Assembly (NCBI RefSeq): GCF_001194135.2
Contig: NC_068988.1
Span: 71,301,043 to 71,348,184, forward strand
Reading direction: 5' to 3'
Origin: Octopus bimaculoides
Taxonomy: Eukaryota
Length of the DNA stretch: 47,142 nt
This document shows positions 35,561 through 47,142 of this stretch, piece after piece (the stretch's first letter is position 1; every line of letters starts with the position of its first letter). Position numbers and translations under genes: made by a program. The notes under the pieces are model-generated. The model saw nothing but the letters and a program-made list of their open reading frames with translations. It was not told the DNA's origin and made no database searches.

Positions 35561-37521
35561 NNNNNNNNNNNNNNNNNNNNNNNNNNNNNNNNNNNNNNNN
35601 NNNNNNNNNNNNNNNNNNNNNNNNNNNNNNNNNNNNNNNNNNNNNNNNNNNNNNNNNNNNNNNNNNNNNNNNNNNNNNNNNNNNNNNNNNNNNNNNNNNN
35701 NNNNNNNNNNNNNNNNNNNNNNNNNNNNNNNNNNNNNNNNNNNNNNNNNNNNNNNNNNNNNNNNNNNNNNNNNNNNNNNNNNNNNNNNNNNNNNNNNNNN
35801 NNNNNNNNNNNNNNNNATATATATATATATACGAAATAACCTTCGGCCATTAGAGAAATACATGTTTGCTGTCAACTACAGTAACCAAAATGTGTATTTA
35901 GAAGAGGAAATAATCTTTGGAGATTCTCCGTGGATTTGTCCATTTGGGAGGCAAGTTATTCGTGCTCGTCAATGTATTAATCTCTTAAACAACGTAGAAC
36001 GATCGTTTACACTTTTTTTATATCATGTGTAGAATTAATCTGCCGACCGGATTAACACGAATATCTGTCCCTGGTGTGCTCTCAGATGTACCCATTCTAT
36101 CACAAACTTTGTGGTCAAATTACAGCTCTCTCCATTCTCGAAGGCCCTGAAGAAGGTTATGGGCGCTGCAATTCCTCCTGTCACTAAACCATTAAAAATA
36201 TATTTAAAAATCACAACTAGTAGCTCTAGATGAGACAAGTAGTAAAACTGTAGACGAGACTCCTTGCTTGTTTACTTACAACATATACGTTCTAGTATTT
36301 TTAGGGTTAATAAAACACATATTAAAACTAGCACAGCAGCCCATATAGCAATTTGCGCGTGGTATTTTTGAAGAACTTCATGTAAAACTTTGATTAAACA
36401 AACCGTGAAAAGATTATCTTTTGAGCTTGAAACCAAATCATTTAATTATTGTTCTCATACAACCGATGAAGTAACAAACATAGTACAAATGATATTCCTC
36501 ACACCCAAAAACTTTGAATCTATATTTTTGAAACAAAAATTATATTAGACATTCCAGAGATGAGAGTAGGAAAAGAGGTACGATATGTGACAAAACGCAA
36601 ATGCGATGTATTTTCGATCCTTCCTTATAGCCATTTATTACGATTTATTATGTTAACGAATTTGGGAAGAGAGAAATATACTTTGTATTCTTGTCTAAAA
36701 TAAAGATGCTTTCTTCTTCGGAGAAAATTATCATGTATCATATATACATACGTGTGTATATACCTATGTCACGCACAGAGACACACATGTGTGTACCTAT
36801 ATGTAAATGCACAATCATTATTCTTGAAAGGTTTAAATTTCAACCTTGTCATTGTTACATTTGTGGTAAAAGAGGATAAAGTGTCTGTGTGAGTGTGTGT
36901 GTGTATGTGTGCGTGCGTGTGTGTATGCGTGTGGGGGGGGGGGGGGACAATNNNNNNNNNNNNNNNNNNNNNNNNNNNNNNNGGGGGGGGGGGGGGTGAC
37001 AATGCTCGCGCGAGAATGGATCGAATCTGACTCTTAGAATGATGCAAATATTCGTAGTAGAGCTTTAAGAGATGGGAATGGATGAGTCAGTAGAGTATCG
37101 AACAAGCAGTTGAAACAATCTATGCTTCATAATCTGAACTGACAATTTGTTGTGTTCATGGACATGAAATTCAGGTCTTTTCATATCAGTCTGCTTAGTA
37201 CGATGTGTTATATGTCATTGTTGTAAAAAGTAAGAGGATTATACATTGGCGAGTGTTTGATTGTCTTGTAGTGCTTACTGTGAGTATTTCCAGAGAAAAT
37301 TGTCTGCATTACATTGATGACGCCCAAGTGGCAATTTGGTCCAATAAAATTGGGAGCCTCATGAAATGATTAATGTTTAACAGTGTTGTGACAGCCTATA
37401 AATGCTAGCAAAATTCTTAAGATAATGTACTATGGAATATTTACTGTTATATTGATTTCTTTTCACTAAGTATTCTTCAACCCATCTATATATGTGAATG
37501 ATAAATTATTTATTTACTCAC

Positions 37522-37672
37522 CCCAAGCAAAACAGTGATACATGTACATTCGGCGAGGTGGTCGAAAGCAGTTTACGGTCAATTGATGCAAATGTGATGC
37601 TTCACAGAACATCCAGAAGTATGTAGCTGAGTCGAAATAACGATGCAGTATATTCAATGAAACACACTCGAA
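37522..37672 (-). CDS. Class B1 GPCR, exon encoding TM3-ICL2-start of TM4
   Basis: Acceptor cttgtgtcgttattttag|T and donor TGGG|gtgagt. 151 nt, phase 0 to 1. FECVSLNILHRYFDSATYFWMFCEASHLHQLTVNCFRPPRRMYMYHCFAW(G) matches the family pattern C..L...Y....YFWM.CEG.YLH....F.......Y...WG. Confidence 0.95.
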
Positions 37673-39046
37673 CTAAAATAACGACACAAGAGAAAACGCT
37701 TAAGGAAACTAAAATTACATTGCATACATTTAGATGTAACGGATAGAAATTTAGGGTAAACATTCAGGTTTAGTCAGTGAATATTTGAGGGCGCTGAAAG
37801 CATTTCGTTTGAAGCTTAAAACATTGGTTGTGAGCTACCCATATATTATTTTAAAATTGAAATAATGTATAAATTTAACAAAGGAATCGTATTAATTTAT
37901 TGAATAGCAAAATATATTTTCTTTAAAAAAATATTTATGTTGACATAATTAATTTGTTTTATTAATTTGCAATAAATAATTATTATAGCCTGTTCTATGA
38001 TTAAAGTATACAATTATTACCTTTTATAAGGTAAGCCAAAATATAGTGAGCCAAAATATTTGAATCATTTATATTTCATGAGAACAAAGAGAAAACAAAA
38101 TCATTAGTTTAATGAATAATTCTGGTCAAAGAAGATAGGGCAGACAACTTCAGCATTTTCAATGAGTAAGATTTATTAAAACACTGAGTGTCGATATGCA
38201 GTAGGGAGAGAGCCTGATCTTTGGCAATAAGGAGACAAGTTCGATCATGTTTCACTATTATTAGAATTTTTCAATGAATTTTTATTAGTATTGACTTGAC
38301 CGGAACTTACACGGTCTTGTTTCCAAAAAAGGGAAGAGTTTTGACTGCTGTTTCTAACAAATACTGCTGCCATGTAGGGTCTGTATTATAGGCTTGCTTA
38401 TATGTGCGTATTTCGTATGGTACACTTACAGTATAATCTTGATGGGCATACAGCCCCCGATGAAAATGTTAAATTTGTTAAAAACCTCCCTAGTCTTTCC
38501 TAAGCACAAATTGTACGAGGAAGCTTTGCACAGCGGAATGGAGAAGTCATTATTCCACATGTTTTCAGATAAGAGGTTTTCAACTGACACCTTACTCCTC
38601 GAACACCACAGAAAATTAAAGCAGAATTTATCGTAAGTGCTAAATACACCCTCATCATGATGCAGACGTAACAGTCATTTGAAAACAGTTGACTTTCATT
38701 ACACTGCCCAATATTAGTAGGAAAAGTAGAAACGCAGGTCTTTTATCGTCTCCTATACAAAAATTTATATAAAGTGGGACCAATGCTTATAATACTGTAG
38801 TTCAAATATAAAAGACAAAAATTGTAGTAAACCGAAAGAAGCAACCTATTTTCTAATTTACTTTGACTCTATTTCAATTTACTTCAACAATTTCTCCATC
38901 ATATACAGCAATAAGACTCTGGATAGTGCATAGTAAACGTATAATATTTCATAGAAATACAGAATTTAATAGAATGTGGTATAATTTCATGTTCAAACAA
39001 TAATTATTGAACATGCGTTTCGTTTAAGATAGGGAATCGAACTAAC

Positions 39047-39194
39047 GTTGTCTTTGGTAGTACTAGTTCGTTTTGGATTGGTAAGATTCTGATATGTGAA
39101 GATTGTGTTGATGAGAAAAAGCATCACACTAGCCAGGAAGAGTGACGTGAAGAAACTAATGTGAATCATGATTATCATCTCTCGTCGAAGAAAT
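39047..39194 (-). CDS. Class B1 (secretin/calcitonin-receptor-like) GPCR, internal exon encoding ICL1-TM2-ECL1
   Basis: Acceptor ttttcttgttttacag|A and donor AAC|gttagt. 148 nt, phase 2 to 0. Translates (R)FLRREMIIMIHISFFTSLFLASVMLFLINTIFTYQNLTNPKRTSTTKDN, with the TM2 His and a hydrophobic helix. Joins the next exon in frame. Confidence 0.88.
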
Positions 39195-39289
39195 CTGTAA
39201 AACAAGAAAAAAGAGAGAAAGAAACATATATAAACGGTGTGGAAATATCATTTAAATTGACATGTAATATGAAACACTATTAATTCAAC

Positions 39290-39590
39290 CCTTTCAACCC
39301 TTTCATAATTTCGAAGTCGATAAAGTAAGCATCAGTTGAGCTCTAAGGCTGATGTAATCGATTTAACCCCTCCCCGAAATTACTGAGATTGTGACAAAGA
39401 TTTGAACCCAATATTATATTATAGTTAAGACAAGCGAGCTGACAAGATCGTTAGCAAAATGCATAGCAACATGTCGTTCGTCTTCATGTTCTGAATTTAA
39501 ATCCAATCAGGTCGACTTTCGGTTGGTCGATGTAATCGACTTACTCCTTTCCTGAACTTGCTGGCCATGTGTCAAAATTTTAACTCAATA
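39290..39590 (+). mobile_element. Two adjacent SINE fragments
   Basis: gtcgataaagtaagcatcagttgag..gatgtaatcgatt (39290-39410), and caagcgagctgacaagatcgttagc...gtcgatgtaatcgactt (39425-39590). Confidence 0.55.
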
Positions 39591-40349
39591 TTGTATTATA
39601 GCATGCAAGTATTGGATTGAAAAGCCCTTTTGGGTGGAAAACAGGTTTTCTACCATTAGACCAAAGAAATCCTTCGAAATTCTCAGTCCATTTTCAAGAT
39701 TTCCCATACTTTTCCGACTCTGATAAAAATTGAATAATTTTATTTTTATTATTTTATACATATCGTATTTCCTAGTATTATACTAATATTACTGTAGCTA
39801 TATATTCATTTGGAACATTTCTCTACACATTTAGATTAATTAACTTTGATGTAATACTGTATCAAAGAAGCAGGTTCGCACTTGCAATTGAAGTTTTCAT
39901 TTGTCAGCTGAGTTTAACTGAAATATCATCCCTTTAGAAAACAAAATATTTCTGTGGAGTTCCACAAGGTCTGAGATTTTAGAATCGATAATGTATTATG
40001 GTTGAGTATCTAATAAAGAGGTTTGGTGTCAATCCGTCAATATCTTTTCTCTGCTACCTCACGTGTTACTGAAATGATTTCTGCTACTCTGTACTTGTTG
40101 AAGCTATGCCATCTTCATCTTATGAACCAATTTCTCTACCTCTCATTATTCACTACTGTCTTTTCTTTTCCAGATTTCTGCATTAAATACTTGACCCTCA
40201 CATTCTTCCCTTTCTATCTACTGAAAATAATCAACAAAACAAGTATTGTCTTGAGTTCTTGGACTCATAAGGCTGATTACCTAATTTCCATAGTATATAT
40301 AACTAACTCAGATCACAAAAGTTCCTCTGAATGGGATGTCAGATTGTGA

Positions 40350-40480
40350 CAGGGTTACTCGCTTACAGCTGAGTGGACTGGAGCAATGTGAAATGAAGTG
40401 TTTTGCTGAAAAGGCAATGCACTCAACCTGGGAATCAAAATCTTGATCACATCTTAATCACTAGGTCGTGTGCCTTCATT
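40350..40480 (-). mobile_element. CORE/MIR-like SINE fragment
   Basis: cttacagctgagtggactggagcaatgtgaaatgaagtgttttgc...gggaatcaaaa, antisense CORE and B-box region. Confidence 0.55.
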
Positions 40481-41580
40481 GAATAACCAATAACAAGTTG
40501 TTAAAATATAGACATGCAACAATTATAATTTCTCTAGCTAGATTTCTTTACCTCTTAATGGAGTACTTAAAAAAGCTATGAGGGTTGCTACTCCTGGTAG
40601 TGGTAAACATTTATTTTAGCCACAACCATATTATCTTGTAAAAAGAAAAACAAAAATAAAACAACACTTTATTCAATAAAACATTAGAGTGTAGATAATG
40701 GCAGAGTGAACTAGGTGCAAGCATACATGACCGTGTGAATGTTATGTTACAATGAATTGTTGCTGTGAGCATAGTGTTGCTGTGAGCATAGTGTCACATG
40801 ACTGTGACACTAAATTTTGTTTAGTTTATGTTATCTCTTTGGTCAAAAACCTTTGTGATTAACGCAAAAAAGAGACTTTGTTCATAAACTGCACACTAGA
40901 AGAGTATCTAAGGAAAATATTCATTAGAATAACATTAACTATTCTAGAGTTTTTTTTATCTCTGGTTACGGTCAAATACTTTGTCTTTTACTATCTCTCA
41001 TCCTCCATCTCCACTTTCTCTGTAGTACATTCCCTGTGTGTGTGTATCTGTGTAGAGGAACTCTACACATGACCTGCCTCCAATCCCAGTATGTGTACTC
41101 GTTCTTCACCTCTTATGTTAATTTCCTCTACATCTCTCTTCCCTCTCTTCATACGATGTAAAGCCTGACTGGAGCAATCAATCAGAGAATCAACCAACAT
41201 TTATATCAGCCATTATTAAGTAGAGACGGATACATTTTTCATGCATATATACATATGATAATGCTTGAATTTTCTAAGAAACAGCATCAAAATTTGAGTT
41301 CTCTATATCCAATGTATAAGCAACGCAGTAAAATTTGTAAGACATACCAAAGTTTCTCTATTTGGGATTCTTTAAATGAATATATATGCTCGCACATGGT
41401 TGTATGTAAAAAGTAATCACGCAAGCACTTACACATACACATGCACATATTTTTAGGTACTAAAGACACAGGTTCACAAAGAATATAAGGGCAAGAGCAT
41501 TCAACTATATATGTGCAGACACTAAGTGAGCCACATATTTTCCAAAGCCTGGGGACCGTGATAACTCGCTAGGTTTTGGC

Positions 41581-41641
41581 ATAGATGGATGAATGCATAG
41601 ATGGATGAATGCATAGATGGACGGACAGGCAGACAGACAGA

Positions 41642-41719
<78 letters not shown>

Positions 41720-41770
41720 TACACACACATGCACACGCACGCACACACACAAACACACACGCAGATATAT
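41581..41770. repeat. (GATG)/(GACA)/(GATA)/(CA) compound microsatellite
   Basis: Direct reading. Confidence 0.9.
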
Positions 41771-42399
41771 ATGCATATAAAAATTTATAAAACAAGAAGA
41801 TAGAATGGACAGGTTTTAACCACTAATCACAACAATTATTTCCGTGCATCGGTAACAGCTGTTAGTTGCTGAGTTTTTCATATTATACTGTTATATACAC
41901 AAATATGATCCAGCTGTAAGCGCACCTCATCAGGTGAGTGACTTTGAGAGGGCTGCTGGATTACGCCTAGTTTCCCAGTGTTTTATACCTAGAGTAACAC
42001 ATAGACACAGATAGACATAAGTTATAAAAATACCAAAAATAAAAAAAAATTATGAATTACAAAAGAAATAGACCAAAATTATCTATTAACCAGACCTAAA
42101 ATCCGTTCTTTGTTAAGACAAGAACATATTTTTTCTTCAAAGAACGCATGGTCATCTTATCCCAAAATAGCCTGCCAGGCTGCTCGTAAAACTTAATTTC
42201 AGCTGACTTGCTTCCCATCACAGTCGCTCTAAGAGTCATTGATAGAGGTAAACGAACAGAAATAGATTTATTCACCTGCACTCATATGCGCGCGTATTTT
42301 ATTCATTCGGTGTATACACAGAAACAATTAAATCTACACACACACACAGATACGCACACACAAACACATACACATATACACACACGCACACACACACGC

Positions 42400-42434
<35 letters not shown>

Positions 42435-43254
42435 CGCACAGACACCAATATACACTCATTTATACACTTATATCTCAATATTTTTTAGGCACATGCTTAC
42501 ATACACACATTCGCAACCATGTACATGGACACATATATACACACATAATACTGACGATACATCTCGCTTCATTGCGTTAGGTGAAATAGTTTCCTCTCCC
42601 ACGCATTCTTTATACACATTTACATATTCCTTTATTTTCCACCAATGCGTATATATATCTTTACATACCTACATATACCCATCTAAATATGCTCTCATTT
42701 TTTGCTCTCAGTCGTGTACATCTTTCCATGTCACTCGACCAATCATTTTCTACTTATGCTATAATATATCATCAGAGTAGATACCTCTATTCTATAGTCA
42801 TTTTACACTCTCCTAAACTACTGTACCGAGCAGATAAGTTATTATGTGACTATACAATTTAGGTGGGCAGCAAGGAAATTTAAACATACAAATAATGATA
42901 CTACAAAATTATAATAGCATTTTCGTGTTAATAACGGGCTGATATAACTACATGATCATAGATGCATATAAAGTATTTCAATTTTTTGCATAATACAATC
43001 ACTAAAATTATAAATAGATTTTTGAGTATACAGAGGATTGATATCATATTGAATATTATATATTCTTCGTAAATTCTAGTATATCAACACACACGCACAC
43101 ACACATACATACACACACATACACACACACACTTACACACACACATACACATACAGACACACACTACAAATTTGAAGCCAGAGTGCTTTATTTTAGATTG
43201 TAGCTTACAGGATGTTTTAACTGGGAGACGGCATGGCTACTTCCCGAAACAAGA

Positions 43255-43325
<71 letters not shown>

Positions 43326-43762
43326 TACATATATATATGTTATGTATATTCATATACAGAAACATGTATAGATGCGTGCAAACATATATATGTACATGAG
43401 TACTTATCTGTGTATGTATCTATCTATCAATCTATCTATCTACATACTACTCTCACACAAAAGCACTCACACGTGCATACACACACACACACACACTCAC
43501 ACACACACATGCACGCACACACACACACACACGTTCGCGCGCGCGCACGCACACACTTGAACACACTTGCGCAGAAGTATGACTGGAATAGATTATATTT
43601 TAGCCGCAATATCTCTAAATTCGTAACATGGTGTTAACTTATAATTCTCATACCTATACTGGTATTTTTGCTAAAATATATTAAGCACTCGTGAAGTATA
43701 ATGCAAATACATATACCCTTTTCCCAGTGACGAAAAGTCACTGATCTCGAAAATGTTGGGAC

Positions 43763-43850
43763 CCCTTTGCATCGAAGATCGGTGATTGTCGTGCGCTGAC
43801 GAAGGGTAAATATCCAGAAACCCGGGTCGGTGCGTATCGCGTCAGATCGA
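43763..43850 (+). ncRNA. Degenerate type I hammerhead-ribozyme-like motif in a short repeat
   Basis: cgtgcg-CTGACGA-aggg(taaata)tcca-GAAA-cccggg-TC-ggtgcg. Canonical core, GUC triplet, palindromic stem III. Stem I and II have mismatches; stem I extends with gtga/tcgc and gatc/gatc pairing. Confidence 0.6.
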
Positions 43851-44364
43851 CAATGGGAAGAATGACTTCTCTTTCCAAATAGCGATAGGGTACAGAAAGT
43901 GTGTCAATAGACAACTGGAGGAGATTTTCTCCTGGGGCTACAAGCTACAGTAGCATTTACCCTCAGTTGTTAGCCGCGTTTAAGTGGCAAATATACTTCA
44001 CGTTGTTGTGCAGCTACTGTTTATACCTCATTCAGAGATTTATTTAATATATTAAGCACTTTTAATCAATAATTAAACACGTATACACACCAAGCATTCA
44101 TTTTGCTTTATGTATATGTATTTGCACCCCCGTGCTTGTGTGTAGATGTACATACACACATTTGCATGTGCATATATACCAACACTTTATGCACATAGTA
44201 GGCACACACACGCACATATACACTCACATACATACACACACACTTCTATACATATGTGTGCATATGTTTAACTGTATGTACGCGCGCCTCGCGCATGTAA
44301 GCCAGTGTGTATGAAATGTGTGTGTGTGTGTTTGTGTTTGTGTGTGTGTGTGTGTGTGTGTATT

Positions 44365-44398
<34 letters not shown>

Positions 44399-46974
44399 TG
44401 CGTGTGTGTGTGTATTTGTGCGTGTGTGTATAAACACATGGCTTGAAGTTTGTTATTTTGTGGTTCTATGAATATGTTTGTTCCGATATCTTTCAAGTAC
44501 ACTTAAGTTATAAAGAACAGCTCATCTCTCAATGTTTGTAGCTTTTCAATGGCTACTTTGATTCTGCCAAACCCTCCATACTTATCAAGAGTCTGTTCAA
44601 GCTGATAAATAGTTAAGTACTCATACGCCTTGTGGCAAAAGTGAGAAAATGTTATTAACTGTCAATATAATGCATGCAATAAAAATAATTCTGTGTACTG
44701 AGTAGAACAGAATTATCATTCTTATTATGTACAAACAATTTCTTCACTTGCTATGTACTTTGACTTACTTGCTAGTAAATTAAGAGTTTTATAAAATAAA
44801 ATAATGACCTTTCAAATAAAATTAATTATTCAATACTAATAGGCTTTTTAAGATTTGAATACGTATTTGTATTTTCAAAATAATACACAGGTATTATTTA
44901 TTTACTTAGGAAAACGATATCATGTTTAACTTTGGTACCTGCAGGATGATATATGAATCAGATCCTTTGTTAAGAGAAATGACGTTAACTTGGAAACATT
45001 TCTTTAAATTCAATATCATGAGTCACCGTGATATACTAGCTGTTCGGTTAAATGTCGAACTCTATGAATAAACTTGTGGATAAATTACTCAATTAAGTTA
45101 TAAATATACAGATTTTTTCCAAAGAGAAATTTCCAAACTCACCAATCTGGGATATGCAGACTAAAACTCGATATGATATTAAGAGGTAAACTTCAGAAAA
45201 AAAACCTGTAACGTTAGAATGTTCTAACTGAGTTACATATATCTGGAATGTGTTAATTCACAATATAATTAAACCGGAAGAGATCGTAATTTTTCTTTTA
45301 CGGTATCCATGCACCGTTGCAGAATTTACTTTTTATAGATCAAGAAATAGTTCGAAACTAACTTGTGTTTAATAGTATTTGATACCTTTTTTTCTTTTTT
45401 TACACAGATTATACATAGATTGACAGGGTGTAACAGCTGTGTACAGTTTGCAATTTGCAAAGAGCACTAATAGCTGATGAAAAGTAAATTCGATTTGAAT
45501 AGGCGCTGAAAATTATTGGAAGCAACACGCCTATAAGTTCTTCCTATATGTAGCTCTCCACAATAATGGCGCAATTTTAATTCCTTTTGTCATACCTTAG
45601 TTCTAAGAAAAGACTATAGTATTTGCAATTTTGGGACTATTAATCAAACTAGAGGGACGAAAGGCATATGAACAATATGATGCTTGTATGGAAAGTGACA
45701 CCAATAAATACTGTAAACGTGTAAATTCTGCCACTCAGTTATCACGACCTCTTATAAACTACTTTATCATTTCCGAACATCATGTCTGCTTCGCGTTTGG
45801 CATCACCAGTAGAGACACATAGCACTTATATACTGACAAATATCTGAGATTCGTCTCTAGGAAGCCAAGGATTGTCTGTCAGAAGTACTAACATTTAGTT
45901 CACTATTCACAATCTAACTTCATCAATCGATACAAAATCTGTTAAGCAAATTATAGATAATAAAAATAGACACCGCAACACCTGCCCCTCTATTAATATA
46001 CGGCAATAAGTTTCTAATCAACCTTTCTTCATACTTCGTTTGTGATATCAACCACAAAAGAGATTACCACATAGAGTTCGTTTGATTTCTCATAAGCAAG
46101 TACCTCGTAATCGATAAATCTTTTGAACAGAATTTTTGTTATAACTTCTAAAACAATGCAAGCAATATCATTGACATAATTAGAAAATGATGTACCTCAA
46201 ATAATGCATATTTTATTTCCAAGAATAAAAAAATGAAATAGAAAATAGATATTCATTATCATTTCTGTACCATATATAGGCGAATGTGAAAATAAGCAAC
46301 ACTTGAGCTATCAGGTAGCGACAACGATATCATTTCCAGTTGATGCTGATCTGTTTCACTTATGTTATAAATTATTCACACGGAAACTTCATTTCTCCAT
46401 TTCCACCATATACAGCAGATTTTGGTTCGGTTCCCCCGAAGTATTTTATATGATTAATAAATAAAATAAGAAAAAAAAGTAAACGGTCATGTCGGCGCCA
46501 GCATACTTATTCCTGAGAACCAAGAAAAAGTTTTTGAAAAAACGTTACAGATTTTGTGAGCAGAAAGAATCAACATGTATCTTTCATCCTCTCAGGGTTA
46601 ATAAATAAAGTACCAATCCAGAGCGTTAGACGACAAACATCGGAGTATATGATCCAGCGTTACGCGTTCTGAGTTTAAATCTCGCCATTTCTAACTAGAA
46701 AGACATTCATTATTTTGTTAGATGTTGCGACTGAGAGACATTAACGGGAATAGAGAAATAAACTTTTGGTTTGATTGGAATATCGGCAGCTCTGACCTCT
46801 TTGGTTAAATAAAAATAGATAGTTTTTAATGCGGTTAGGAATGGGTTGATAGCAGTAGTACGGTAATAACTTGAAGAGATACCAAACATATTAGACTATT
46901 TATTAGACTATCAAAAAATATAATAAATAAAATAGACCTAAAAAATACTACTAGGCACAGATGACTTTATATGG

Positions 46975-46975
46975 A

Positions 46976-47007
<32 letters not shown>

Positions 47008-47097
47008 ACTCTCTCTCTCTTTCACTCACTCCCTCACACACTCTCTCTCATTCTCTCTCTCTCTCTCATTCTCTCACTCTCTCTCACTCTCTCTCTC

Positions 47098-47142
<45 letters not shown>
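46975..47142. repeat. (CT)n-rich microsatellite
   Basis: Direct reading. Confidence 0.95.

Noticed and set aside
36933-37003. Two poly-G tracts as a G-quadruplex pair
   Set aside because: Both are followed by gacaat and sit either side of a 30-N gap, so they are probably one tract assembled twice.
1181-44502. Many ORF-track entries rich in X, HT, YI, CV, N or Y runs
   Set aside because: They are translations of N-gaps and microsatellites, not genes.
39195-47142. Candidate TM1 or ectodomain exons (e.g. near 44615-44690 and 45595-45710)
   Set aside because: None gave an open, phase-2-ending hydrophobic exon with a family motif. The upstream exons are probably outside the window.

Overview
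AT-rich animal genomic DNA from a draft assembly, with 12 N-gaps totalling about 3.6 kb. The SINE, Penelope and Dong-type repeats and dense microsatellites look like an octopod cephalopod (Octopus-like); this is recognition from memory, not a database result. The window is mostly intronic. Four minus-strand exons (39047-39194, 37522-37672, 25294-25342, 12624-12726) splice in frame into the ICL1/TM2 to TM5 part of a divergent class B1 (secretin/calcitonin-receptor-like) GPCR. Only one of these exons is covered in frame by the ORF track. The two ~12-kb introns and the flanks hold decayed mobile DNA: two mariners, two Penelope-like fragments, four R4/Dong-type LINE fragments, two Tx1/L1-type LINE fragments, an RTE-like 3' end and several tRNA-derived SINEs. 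The most interesting signal is three type I hammerhead-ribozyme-like motifs in short non-autonomous repeats. One sits in a 334-bp element with a tRNA (Pol III) head, a 46-bp terminal inverted copy and a likely 12-bp TSD. A perfect (ACT)12(AGT)12 palindrome lies 63 nt upstream of the 49-nt GPCR exon. No rRNA, genuine tRNA gene or CRISPR array was seen.
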